DNA of 64,000 nt from the human T2T-CHM13v2.0 reference genome, Homo sapiens, in the NCBI RefSeq assembly GCF_009914755.1, contig NC_060947.1; one strand, given 5' to 3'. Under the pieces are notes generated by a model that saw nothing but the letters and a program-made list of their open reading frames with translations, was not told the DNA's origin and ran no database searches. The translations under genes and the position numbers were made by a program. This document shows positions 38,116 to 50,544 of this stretch, piece after piece. Within the stretch, counting starts at the first letter, position 1. Every line of letters begins with the position of its first letter.

Positions 38116-39739
38116 AAGCATAGAATACTGTTATATGAGGAGATTATTTCTGTTTAAAGGTGATTTTTCTAGAAAGATTTTATAATGTCTAAAATATAAA
38201 ACTGGCACATCATAGAATGAGTACATATAAGTAAAACTTTTTTTTTGCAGGCATGCATATGTGAAATTGTATGGTTCTATTTATGGCAAACAGAAGGAAA
38301 CTTTTTACAGTGAAACTATGTTCATAGTTTTCAAGGGAAAAACAGCTCCATGAAATAAAATATTGCTTGGGGAGTTCTTTCATACCGCTTGTCACCAGCA
38401 TTCTCACTGGCTTATAAGTTATAATTGCTCTGTGATAAAGGCGTATGCTTTCCTTCTCTCTTATAAAAATTTTAATGAGAACTTGGAGTGAACTCTCACT
38501 GAACCTATTTTCATTCCAAAAATCTTATGATTTTAATCTTATGATCCTCCTGAGACCTGGCACTATGGTCTGTGACAGCATGAATACTTCATAATTATTC
38601 CTCCTGTTTGTAGAAAACACCATGGGCATCCATCATTCCCTCTCTCCCCTGCTGCCTCCAGGGAGTCACAGCCTCTAGCAAGGTCAGTAATTGCAGTTTT
38701 GGTTGACAGTTCCAGGCCAGCTGAAGCAAATCCAGCTGGTGAAGACTAGCCACAATGGATATTGACTGACTTCCCTTCCTTCTTTCACCTCATAGTCAGT
38801 TTGGCCTTAAAACTCTTCCTTAGTGATGTGATAGATGGACTTAAATCATCCCACAAGAGATTCCCCAGTACAGAGAAAATGAATGGTTTCTCTAGAGCCA
38901 TGTGTATATGTGTCTGTCGGTATTTGGGGGACAATTGATCTAACCGTCCTGGGGTAACTGAAAGGTCTTTCCCTTGGGGATAAGGAAAAGACTGTATTGG
39001 AGCTTGACATTTAATATTGTTTGGCATCTCACATCTCTGTAGATAACCTGCATGAAATAAAAGATTCAGCCATGTGAATTAAGATGGTATTTTGGAAGTG
39101 GATATGCTTCATTTGGCTAACATCAAAAATTCTAATAACAGATTTGCCCTGTGCATAGAAAAAATAGATGCTTTAGATGTCAAGCAAATAATTAAGCATT
39201 AATTTTTTACTTTATTTTATGACAAATGCATAGAGAGATTCACACAAGAAATACCAAAGGAATGCCAGATGCTTTATCAAAAAAAAAACCCACATTATGA
39301 TTCCAAAGAAAGATAGACAAATAGCCTTCATAGTATGTAATATTGGATGGTGTAGCTTTACGAAAAAGAAGATAAACTTTCATGTGAAGTGCTGGTGAAT
39401 TCCAGAAAAGAAATGACTTTCGAAAGTGGTATAATACCTTTAACTCTCTAACTTCTCACCGTGTGGTTTACTCATAGTGTAGACCATGACTAAAGTACCG
39501 GCAGAAACAAACCCAATTAGGCATGGCCTATTGTATAGATACTGAACTAGTCTAGTGTCTTTAGGTTTGTAATAAGTCAGGGTTTATTTTTTTCTTGCTT
39601 TTTTACCCTGGTCCCTTGTTTCTGGACTTACTTGGGGTTTAAAAGATGTATTTGCTTAAGAATAACTCAATTACCCATTCTGGATAAAAATTTAATGGAA
39701 TGTGTTAGAAGGCTTAAGTGAGATATTAAAATTAATTGA

Positions 39740-40200
39740 AATCACGACCCCCACACTCTTTGACACACCTCCCATTATGAGGTAGATTGTGAGCGGCCTT
39801 ATAGTTACTCCACTTAATAGAATAAAGTTGATGTGATGTTATGTAACTTCCAGACTAAGTTAGAAAAGGTCATTTAGCTTCTACTTGGTTCTGTCTAGAG
39901 ACATACTCTGGGGGAAACCAACACCATGTAAAAAGCTGTCCCGTGACCACCATGTTGTGGAGGCCCCGTGTAGGAATTTCAGCCGACACTACCGACCAAC
40001 AGTTAGCCTCCACTTCCAGCCCTGTGAGTGAGTCATCTTGGATATCCAGCCCAGTCCAGTCTTTATGTAACTACAAACCTACCTGATATTTAACTCCAGT
40101 CCCCTGAGAGGTGCCAAGTGAGAACTCCTCAGCCAATTCCTTCTCAAATATTTGTCTCACAAAATTTTTAGAATATCTTTAATATATGTGTAATAGTAAA
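39740..40200 (+). mobile_element. MLT1 (H-like) MaLR LTR
   Basis: ctttgacacacctcccatt…gtgagtgagtcatcttggatatccagcccagtc. Confidence 0.7.
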
Positions 40201-40669
40201 ACTACTGTCACTCAGTAATTTTGATATTAACTGTATGTTTATTTTGGATATTCAGTTTGTTATGCGTCTATTTAAATAATTATTGAATTTCTATTAGGAA
40301 CACTTGTTCAGCCTATCTACCATGAGACTTAAAAAGCCTAAATCACAGTCCTTGCCTTAGAAGAATACAATTGTCAGTGGAGTAGATGCAGGATCATCAA
40401 GTATCAAAACTCTGGAGCACACCATTCATATTATAGTCTATGTAAATGGTCTCCCTTGAGTTGTGCAATGGGATGTCACTGGAAAGATAAGACATAAAGT
40501 GTTATTTTAGTAATAACCATTCTTATACTGGTAAGCTTCTCAGGATTGGTATATATGAGTGGTAAGGAATACTACTAAATTTTATACTTTTCCAAACTTC
40601 TTTACAGTACTCTGTTGTTGACAAAAGTGAAAACAATTTAGTTAGAATGTAAAAGTAACAAAGAAGTTT

Positions 40670-41165
40670 TAAAGGAATATATAATGTTCTGTCATAAAGA
40701 CACAGGCACATGTATGTTCATCATGGCACTATTCACAATAGCAAAGACATGGAATCAAACTAAATGCCCATCAGCAGTAGAATGAATAAAGAAATGTGCT
40801 ACATATATACAATGGAATACTATGCAGCCATAAAAAAGAATGAGATATTGTCCTTTGTAGCAGCATTCATGTAGCTGTAGGCCATTATCCTAAGCAAACT
40901 AACACAGCAACAGAAAACCAAGTACCTAATGTTCTGACTTATAAGTGGGAGCTAAACCTTGAGGACATATGGATAAAAAGAAGGGAACAAGGGCCTACTT
41001 TAAGATGAAGGGTGGCAGGAGGGTGAGGATGGAAAAACTACCTATTGGGTACTATGGTTATTACCTGGGTGACAAAATAATCTGTACACCAAACACCTGT
41101 AACACAGAATTTACCTGTATAACAAACCTGCAACATGTACCCCTTATCCTAAAATAAAAGTTGAA
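40670..41165 (+). mobile_element. L1PA15/16-like 3' fragment
   Basis: ctattcacaatagcaaagacatggaatcaa…aaaaactacctattgggtactatg…aaaataaaagtt. Confidence 0.88.
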
Positions 41166-41202
41166 TTCAATTTAATTTAATGCAAAATAAAATCAAAATT
41201 TT

Positions 41203-41493
41203 AGTCTGGGAGTAGTGGCTTATACCTGTAATCCCAGCACTTTGGGAGGTCAAGGCAAGAGGATAGATTGAGCTCAAGAGTTTAAGGCCAGCCTGGGCAA
41301 CATAGTGAGTCCCTGTCTCTACAAAAAAATACAAAAATCAGCCAGGCATGGTGACATGTGCCTATGGTCCTAAGTACTTTGGAGGCTGAGATGGGCGGAT
41401 CGCTTGAGCCCATGAGGTTGAGGCAGCAGTGAGCCATGATTGTGCCGCTGCACTCCAGCCTGGGTAACAGGGTGAGGCCCTGTCTCAAAAAAA
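41203..41493 (+). mobile_element. AluJ
   Basis: Dimeric Alu with ggatcgcttgagccc…gaggcagcagtgagccatgat. Confidence 0.9.
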
Positions 41494-41601
41494 TTATATT
41501 GCACTGTATGCAATACTTTGTAAATGCATATGCTATTCTTCTAATGCTTTTAGACACTTCAGTGCGTGTCATGAGAATATGCCAAGTTGACTAACTATAA
41601 A

Positions 41602-41780
41602 CTGATGGTTCCCAAATTTGGCTATACATTGAAATCACCTGGGGAGTTTTAACAACCAACTGATGTCTGGTTCCCACTCCCAGGGATTCAGATTTAATGG
41701 ATCGGGGGTACAGAATGGGCATTGGGATTTTTTAAAGATCTGAAATTGTTTTAATGGACAGCCACAACCGAGAACAACTG
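41602..41780. mobile_element. MER5-type MITE
   Basis: tggttcccaaatttggctatacattgaaatcacctggggag…gagaacaactg. Confidence 0.7.
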
Positions 41781-41802
41781 ATATGTATTTCTTCTTTTAA
41801 TT

Positions 41803-41950
41803 AGGTAGTTCTCAAACTCAACTGCCCATTGGAATCATCTGTGGAACTTGGCAAACTATTAGTGATTTGGTTCCATTTCTAGAGACTCTGATTTAATTGC
41901 TCTGGGGTAGGTCCTCTTGGTACTTTTAAAAATGCTCACTAGTTAATTGT
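41803..41950. mobile_element. MER5-type MITE fragment
   Basis: gtagttctcaaactcaactgcccattggaatcatctg…ctgatttaattgctctgggg. Confidence 0.6.
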
Positions 41951-42060
41951 GATTTGAGATCCACCAATAGGATGCTCATACTGGGTTTACAGATTAATGT
42001 TTTTCTGCATATATGTGTCACTCAGCCTCAGTTACCACATCATTACTATTGGGACACAGC

Positions 42061-42247
42061 TCAGGTTGCCAAATTCAGCAAATAAAAATAACTTTTCCTG
42101 GATAAGTTTGAATTTCAGATAAACAACAAATACTTTTTTAGTGTAAGTATGTCTCATGCAATATTTGGGACATACACTAAAAAGTAAGTTTTTTTAATTT
42201 AAAATTCAAATTTAACCAGATACCTTGTATTTTATCTGGCAACTCTA
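42061..42247. mobile_element. MER53 palindromic hAT MITE
   Basis: caggttgccaaattcagcaaataaaaata…tttgaatttcagataaacaac…gtattttatctggcaactcta; TSD-like gacacagc/aacacagt. Confidence 0.85.
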
Positions 42248-42829
42248 AACACAGTATAATTTAGGCAAGAGACAGAGCAAGGCCCAAATAATGCATTATA
42301 TGAAGTGTGACCACAATGGTGTTCAATCCATATTCCAGGACAGAACTAAGATATTCTTATTGTCCCCCAGCTGCCACAGAGTAACCATTCTATCCCATAA
42401 TACTACTTTTAGGCGGTCTCATCTGTAGCATCCCTCTTATTTATTGAGCAAAAGCAATGGACAGATGTAGGAGACAGACAGAAAAAACCTGAAACCTCCT
42501 GTCCCATCAGTGTTAAATCTTTTGGCAACAGAGAGTGTTAAATCTATTGGCAGCATAAGCTGAAATCATGGGACTGAAACTTATGACTTAAAAAAAGACA
42601 AACAAACAAAAATCCTGTGGGTTTCTATTGTTTTTACTTATGCAATTTCTCAAATATTTTCATGTAATTATAGAAGAGAAAAAAAAACAGATTAGTGCTG
42701 AAGTTCTGATCACTGGCTGAACTTCATAGCCTTAGCAGCCACTGTTAAACTTCGAGGTTCTGTCGCATTTATAGTGACAGCCAATTCCCTCAGAGTTACA
42801 CAGCAGTTGCTGGCAAATATAATCTCACA

Positions 42830-42962
42830 TTTGGCAAATGCTTGCATTTCTGAAGCTCACTTTTTCATTGGTTCTTCTCAACAATGCTGTGAAGTAGGCA
42901 GGGAAGTTATGATATCCATTATATAACTAAGGAAAATTAGAATCAGGAAAGTGTTGCCTTGA
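42830..42962 (-). mobile_element. MIR fragment
   Basis: ttcttctcaacaatgctgtgaagtaggcaggg…ccattatataactaaggaaaatt. Confidence 0.55.
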
Positions 42963-42967
42963 CCTAG

Positions 42968-43155
42968 AGTAGTATTTCTTAACCTGTGGTCCTGGACAAA
43001 CTGCCTCAGCATTACCTGGGAACCTGTTAGAGACAAAAATTCTGAAACCCTACCCCAAACCTACTGACTTAGAAACTGCAGGATAGGCCCAGTAATTTGT
43101 GTTTTTATAAGCCTTCTAGTGATTCTGTTGCATGGTCAAGCTTGAAAACCCCTGC
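42968..43155. mobile_element. MER5A MITE
   Basis: tgtggtcctggac…cagcattacctgggaacctgttaga…ccaaacctactgacttagaaact…gtgattctg. Confidence 0.8.
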
Positions 43156-43199
43156 CTTCAGGGGTATGTGGTCCCAGCTCAAACATTACTAATACTAAT

Positions 43200-43350
43200 G
43201 TTTATTTATTTAATTTATAGTTTATTTGTCCCCCTGGAGTTTAAAGGCTGTGAGGTCAGGGATGGTGTCACACTGCCTAGGTATATAATAGATATGCAGC
43301 AAATATTGCAAAATAAATTAATGAAGACTAGAACGAGTGAATGCATGAAT
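43200..43350 (+). mobile_element. L2 3' end
   Basis: tttgtccccctggagtttaaaggctgtgaggtcagggat…gaatgcatgaat. Confidence 0.55.
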
Positions 43351-43502
43351 CCCACATATGGGGGCTTCCATTGCCATGCCTTGCCTTAAAAGAAGTGTCC
43401 TGTGCTTAGAAAATTCCATTGCTTCGCTCATTCTCTCTTTTGAAGAATCTCAGCTAATGGGAAGAAAAATGGTTGACTGCATGAATTTATCCACAGGCAT
43501 AT

Positions 43503-43690
43503 TGAGACTAGATATTTCCCTTGACCCCTTAGTGGGACTTGCGAAGGGGTCGCTCACTTACTCAGCCTGCAGCACTCAAACCCCTTGAGGGAGGGGGAGC
43601 ACACAGGTGAGCGGATGTGGGAGAGCCAGGGCCAAGTGCCTTTGGGCACCGGCAGGAATGAACCTTGTACTGGCCTGTGGCAGAGTACCA
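43503..43690. mobile_element. MER52-type ERV1 LTR terminal fragment
   Basis: tgagactagatatttcccttgacccctt…tactcagcc…ggcaccggcaggaatgaac; GC-rich. Confidence 0.65.
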
Positions 43691-43884
43691 CGTAGTACCT
43701 GGAAGGCACCTTAGTTTATCTAGTTCAGTCCTCTCATTGTATACATAAAGAAGGTAAATTTGTGAGTGGTAAAGTCTGTATCTACGCAATAAAATACTTC
43801 AATAGCTGGGGCTAGAACTCTGATGCCTTTATTCCCTTTAATATGCAAAGATTTTGAGTACAGTGTCCTGTGAAGAATGTTTGA

Positions 43885-44240
<356 letters not shown>

Positions 44241-44708
44241 AATTCTGCTGTCTTTATTTCTGCTTAATTATTACTTTTAATTTCATTATTTTATTACAAA
44301 ACTTTAACTTTTTATATTGAATGGTATTATTAATATGGAATTTTGTATTTATAAAGTAAAGATTGAAGGAAGCGTATTTACTGCTAATGGAAAGTATCGC
44401 TTACTTTTTCCTTCAAAGCAGGAAAAGCAATGTGCAAACATGTAAGTGAAGGAAAAATCCAACCAAATCTCTTACCCGAGTATCTACATTAATATTGTTT
44501 GGTGGGTGAGATATTTCTGCAATTCTGCAGTATTAATCCATCCTTCTTTATTATGTCCACCGAAGGTGTAACACTGATTACAGTATGTTTTAGGGAAAAC
44601 AATCCTCCTAGGCATAGTGGCGATAATTCTTCGACTTTTTTTACTTTGCTGTCTTGGCTCATCACGGTGACCTTTAATTCATTTTCTCTTGTCTGGTCTT
44701 CTTTGCAG

Positions 44709-44762
44709 ACACTACGAAGCCACTCTGTGGTGTCTATTGAGCTAAAGTCAATTAATCACAGG
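44709..44762 (+). other. Candidate exon behind a strong 3' splice site
   Basis: ctttaat (branch-like)…ttttctcttgtctggtcttctttgcag|ACACTA; weak donor AGG|gtgact would give 54 nt; not recognised as a known gene. Confidence 0.22.
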
Positions 44763-46681
44763 GTGACTTTTAAAAAATCAAGATTAATAATAGGTTATTT
44801 CATAGCCAGAATGCTTGATTAAGATGGGCACATTTGTGGTTCCCCTCATGGCTAGAAATAATTTAGCCAAGTTACAATATCTTGGGCAAATTTTTCTCTC
44901 TTATAATTTTCCCAATGAGAACTGCTCAGTTTAAATGGACTTCCCTAAGCTTCCATCAGGGGTTCTCAGAAGGGTTATACAAAATCACTTTCGTTAGCTA
45001 CTGGGTACTCCTAAATGGAAGCATCTTTGTAAAGCCATGTAGCATTGGCACCTCTTCACAAAAACTTGGGGGGAGTCCGTGAAAAAAATAACGGGAAGTC
45101 TGTCTTTAAAGATAATAACATCTGCCTCCAACATTTTACACATCTCAGTCATGCCCTGTGGTGGGAGCAAAAGAATTCTCTTTTCTCTTTAGTCTTGTGC
45201 CAAATTTTCTTTTCCTGTTGGCCTGAATCCACTAATGTCCTTGGTAGGTGGATCCTGGTGTATTAAAAGATTCATAGCATTTCATATTTATATTCTGCTT
45301 AACAATATGATGGTACACCTTAGCAGTTTAGCAAAATGGCAAATCTGTTTGCATAATAAACCATATAATGTGCTGCATCATCAATTTGACTTTGCTGGAT
45401 GAACGAAGAGAACCAGTTGGCTCTGATGAAGTTGAGTTTTACAGGTCAATGCACCATCCATATTAAGGAAATCCAGGACAACTATGTACATATATATTGT
45501 AGCTAGAGGCTGAATACATTTTGTACAATATTTCATTTGCTGTTATAAAAGAAAAAAATATAAGCTTGGGTACAGCTACCATAGAAATCAATTTTTAGGT
45601 TTTATATTATTACTGCCTTTCTATTCCCCAGGTGTGCTTTTTCATAGCATCTCCATCCTAAACACAATTGCCTTTGAAGTACCAATATATCTCTTAGTGG
45701 ATGACAATTTCCAAACTCTACTCAGAAAATACAGTGCAAATCCTGGTATAATATAATGGAACTACCAAGAGTTGTTATGGGGCTACATATTTTCTGTTCT
45801 CTACTCTCTTGAGATCTTAGCAAAATCCCTTCTTGGTAACCTTGGCTTATTGAAAAGGGCTAATTTATTTGGCATTAATCAGAAGACATATACCATCTCT
45901 CAACTAGACTCTCTCCACAACGTTCCTTTAAAATTTTTAATCTAGTGAAAACAGGGGGTAGCTTTATTCTGTAATAGTAATATGGTTCATGATATGGAGA
46001 CTGCAGAAAGAAGACTGTAAAGCTGAATTTCACTGCAAGAAAATCGTGACTTCAATACTTCAGGAGAAAATCTTGTTGTTCAGTTTGCTGGAATTAATAG
46101 TTATTTTACCTGTCAAACTGTAGTACCATCGAAGTTTCACCAGACTGTCTAGAACAGACTAATTTGAAGAAGTACAATTTCCCAAGTAATGTTTTATTCT
46201 GCAGTCCCTCTCTTCAGGGCAACACACCCATGTAGGACCTCTCCCACTGCTAGTTTAGTCATGTGAAAGAGAATACCTCTTGTTGTTGCAAGTTATTTCA
46301 TCATCATCTTGCTAAAGAAATGTCTCACTCTCCTAAGTCTCCAAGATCTTTTATTGGCCAGATTCCATATAAGGCTTTGTGTTCTACATTTGTGATCTAG
46401 GGAATTTAAAGCTTTTCACTTCTAGCTTACCAGAGGCTTCTGTATGTGGTAAATCATACATTGATATAAAAAGTAAATAATAATAATCATAATAATAGTT
46501 ATGGCTTATGTAACCTATCTTTCTCAATAGTTATTGGACCATGATAAGTGATACCTCAATACCACATACCCCTTCACCCACCATCCACTATCTCTCATAC
46601 CCTTCATAACCAAGCATCTTTTTTTCTTATACAATTTTATTAATGGAGATACAATTCACATACCATAAATCTACCATTTTA

Positions 46682-47014
46682 TTTATTTTTAAAATACTTT
46701 AAGTTTAAAGTTTATTTTATTTAATTTATTTTAGAGATAGGGTCTCACTCTGTCATGGAGACTAGAGTGCACTGGCATGATCATAGCTCATTGCAGCCTC
46801 AAACTCCTGGGCCCAAGAGATCCTCCTGCCCCAGCCTCCAGAATAGATGGGACTACAAGTATGCATCGTGTCTGGTTAATTTTTTTATTTCTTGGCATAG
46901 ACAGGGTCTTCTCTATGTTGCCCACTCTGGTTTTGAACTCCTGGCCTCAAGCAATCCTTTTGCTTTGGTCTCCCAAAGTGCCTGGTTTATTGACATGAGC
47001 CACTGTGCCTGGCC
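46682..47014 (-). mobile_element. AluJ (diverged)
   Basis: Dimer; TSD ctaccatttta (46671-46681, 47014-47024). Confidence 0.88.
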
Positions 47015-47126
47015 TACCATTTTAAATTGTACAATTTATTGTTTTTGATATATTTACAAAGTTATGCAACTATCACTACTGTCTAATTCCAGAACATTTT
47101 ATCACCCCCAAAACAAACCATGCACC

Positions 47127-47766
47127 TGTTCACCAAAAAGTGACTGAAGCAGGTATCAATCAATAGAAGTTTATTTACCCAAAGTCGAGAAAGTACCTTG
47201 GAAAATATACAAATCACAGGAGCATCTGTGATCTGGGCTTTTTCCAAAGGAGGGGGTGGGGGAACTTCAGTATTTGAAGGGGAAAGAGCAAATAGGAGGG
47301 AAAAGAAAGGGAGAGAGGGTAGCCCCTGAGGTAAATGGCTAAATTCTAGTGAGGCTCTGTTTAGCTTCAGTAAATCTACATTTTACATGTGAAAAGAAGA
47401 ACTAGAGGAAAAAGTCAATTAGGCATTTGTCTCAGGGTAGGCAGAGGGTTGATAAGCTGGCAATTGACATTGTCAGGGTTAGATTTCATAGAACTGGGTT
47501 TTAGGGCTAGTATATATAGGAAGGGTATGTATCCTGGAAGATTTAGGTGCTCACGAGGCAATTCCTTGTGAGGGAGGCCATCTGGGGAGACATGTGCCCT
47601 TCTATAGTTATGGGAAACTGGCTTAGAGATGAGGCTATGACACGGTGTTGCTGAATTACAGCTATCTGGGAACAAAAAGGAAGGCAGCATTGTGATTCCG
47701 TTCCCAAGCTTAACTTTGCCTTTGGCATAGTAAGTTTGGAGTCCCAAGATTCTATTTTCTTTCACA
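47127..47766 (-). mobile_element. MER4 (D-like) ERV1 solo LTR
   Basis: Minus strand begins TGTGAAAGAAAATAGAATCTTGGGACTCCAAACTTACTATGCCAAAGG; ends …GAACA. Confidence 0.82.
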
Positions 47767-48099
47767 TATCCATTAGCAGTCACTCCTCTTTCCCCCTCCC
47801 CCTAGGCCCTGGCAAGCACGAATCTACTTTCTGTCTCTATGAATTTGCCCATTTTGAATATTTCATATAAATGGAATCATCCAATATGTGACTTTTTGCG
47901 TCTGGTTTCTTTCACTTATCATCAGGATTTCATGGCTCATCCATGAAATGTCTCAGTACTTTATTACCTTTTATAGATGAATAATATTCCATTGGGTATA
48001 CCAAATTTTGTTATGCACACATCAGTTGATGGAAATTTACAATTGCTTTCATTTTGAGGCTACTATGAATAATGGTGCATAGCCAGTCATCTTGATAGA

Positions 48100-48560
48100 G
48101 TTGTCTATACTCACTTTCTTTTTCTCCTCATTTCCTATTTACTCTTCAGCCTACTCCAGTTTGATTTCTGCTCCAGTCACTTCCCTAAAATGGCTTTCTC
48201 TGGTGTCACCAGTGATGGCTATACAACTAAATCCTACCCATTTTTCAGTGTATGTTGCTACCTATATCTCACAGCTCTAATTTGACACTGTAGTGTAGAC
48301 CATGTCCTGTCTTCCCTTGATATGTATGAAAGTACACTCTTCTGGTTTTCCTCCTGTCACCATGGCTGTTGCTTCTCTGTCTCTTTTGCAGACTCACTTT
48401 TTCTCCTTGGCTAGTAAATGTGGGATTTACTCAAGACTGAGTCCTTGGGCACCTTTTCTTTTCACTCACAAGACCCATTCTAGGTAATTTGACCTCCACC
48501 TATGCCTTCAACAATCATGTATGTGCTTTTAACTACAAATTTATGTTTATAAGTTAGATT
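48100..48560 (+). mobile_element. L2 fragment
   Basis: cctactccagtttgatttctgctcc…gtcaccagtga…ctcttctggttttcctcct. Confidence 0.6.
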
Positions 48561-48714
48561 TTGGAACTGTATACCTGTCAAGGCCAGACTAATTTATTTA
48601 CCCTGAATATATAACCATCTTACATTTTTTTATTTTCTTAGAGGATGATTTCCATTACTCACTCAGCTTGACAAGGCACAACATTTTTAAAAAATCTTTC
48701 TGATGGATAATAAT

Positions 48715-48935
48715 CAAATAGTTAACAGCTCTGGACACTGGCTGCCTGGGTTCAGATCCAAAGTCTACACATACTCCCCGTGTGAACTTGGAGAAGTCAC
48801 TTAACCTTTCTGTGTCTGTTACCTCGTCAGTAAGATGGGTACTTTTCAGGGTTGATGAGATGATAACATGAAATGTAAATACGCTGAAGATTTTAGAATC
48901 ATGCCTGGCGTGAACTAAATACTTTAAATGTTCAC
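48715..48935 (+). mobile_element. MIR SINE
   Basis: ctgcctgggttcagatcc…gaacttggagaagtcacttaacctttctgtgtctgtt. Confidence 0.75.
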
Positions 48936-49051
48936 CATTTTCCCTCTGCCTCATCTCCCATCTCTAATTCTTTTCTTTATGTCTAAAGCCAGCCAGACAC
49001 ACAGCTTCCCGGTGCTTTAGATATAAAGGCTAAAATGTGTAGCCTGGCCTG

Positions 49052-49491
49052 TTGTATTAGCTTCGTAGGGCTGCTATACCAAAATACCACAGACTGGGTG
49101 GCTTCAACAATATAAGTTAATTTTCTCACAGTTGTGGAGACTAGAAGTGTGAGATCAAGGTGTTGGTGGGGTTGGTTCTTTTTGAGGGCCATGAGGGAAG
49201 GATATGTTCTAGGCTTCTGTCTTTGGCTTGTAGAAAGCCATTGTTATCTTCTTGTTGTGTCTTTTCACATCTTCTTCCCTCTATGTGTGTCTCTTTGTGC
49301 AAATTTTTGTTTTATAATAAGGACATGAGTCAGATTAGATTAGAGGCCCACCGTACTCCAGCATGACCTCATCTTAACTAATTACATCTGTAATGACGTT
49401 ATTTCCAAATAAGATCACATTCTGAGGTACTAGGGGTTAAAGCTGCAATATATAAATTTGAGAGGGATGGGACACAATTCAGCCTATCACG
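49052..49491 (-). mobile_element. MLT1B-type MaLR solo LTR
   Basis: tgtattagcttcgtagggctgctat…atgacctcatcttaactaattacatctg…atttccaaataagatcacattctgaggtactaggggtta. Confidence 0.88.
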
Positions 49492-50544
49492 TTTGGTTAG
49501 TCTTCTGCCAGCCTCTCCAGGTACATTTTTACTCTATGCTTTCTCAGCCTCTCAGCTAGCCATCCACACAGTAGCCTTCTTTTAAATGGGCCACAATCTT
49601 CCAGCCTTTCCAGACCTCTTTCTAAAAGATATTTCTTCAGCTAGAACACTCTTAATTCCATCTCACTGCCCCGCCCCCCACCCCCCACGACCCCTCAGAA
49701 CACAGGCCATTTTGCATGGCTTATTTCTGTTCATCATTCAGATTTCAGGTCAAGATCACTTAGTGAGGAATTCTCTCATCTTCTAGGCTGGATCAATTGG
49801 ATTATGAATCTATCAAAGAATGTAACCCCTAAAGCATTTATCTTGCTTCGTAATTGTACATCCATTACATGTCTTTTTTTCACCCTGCCTATTTCACCCT
49901 GAATGATTTGTCTTACCCTTTGATCTACAGATCCTTTTGAGTATATAACAGGAACTCAATCAGTATTTCTTAAATCCAAACATTACTTAAGTATTGCTAT
50001 TTTGACAAATCAAGATCTTTACTATTCACTGTAAACAGCTACTTTTTTTCCCTCATTTTTAACACCTCATTTCCTCTAATAATATTGCATGTACTTTGAC
50101 ATCCTTTCACTTGACTGCATCCTTTTGCTTGAGGGAAGGTTTAAGAAAGGACGCATTTTTCATCAGGTGTTCTATTCCCAACACAGAAAAGTTGACTGAA
50201 TAGTTCTTCTTTGTTTGATATTTATAATGTCAACTGATTATTATGTTCAAGGTGATTTCCAAGAATAACAGACAATTAGAGTCAAGCCATGTTTCTGTCC
50301 CCTGAAATCCTGAACCTATGTGTGTTGGCTAATGTGTGTCTTTGTATGTACATTTTTACTTACTCTCCAAAAATGTAATTGAATGTGAAATTTTTAACTA
50401 GAGCCAGAATTCCGTAGTAGGAATCCCAACTTCTACACTTACTAGCTATGCAACCTGGAGTAAACTGCCTCAGGAAGTAATAGTATTTGCCCTGTAGGGT
50501 GATAGTAAAAATTAAAGGAGCTAATATTTGTGTCTGGCACGGGG

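Larger units (their letters stand above)
46630..48080 (-). mobile_element. L1MB-type 3' end with nested Alu and LTR
   Basis: gagatacaattcacataccataaat…ttccagaacattttatcaccccc…[LTR]…cattagcagtcactcc…atttcatataaatggaatcat. Confidence 0.85.

Noticed and set aside
45458-45468. CCATATTAAGG as a CArG box
   Set aside because: Seven A/T bases between CC and GG, so it is not a CArG consensus.
47415-47783. 122-aa ORF
   Set aside because: Almost entirely within a MER4 solo LTR; no recognisable protein motif.
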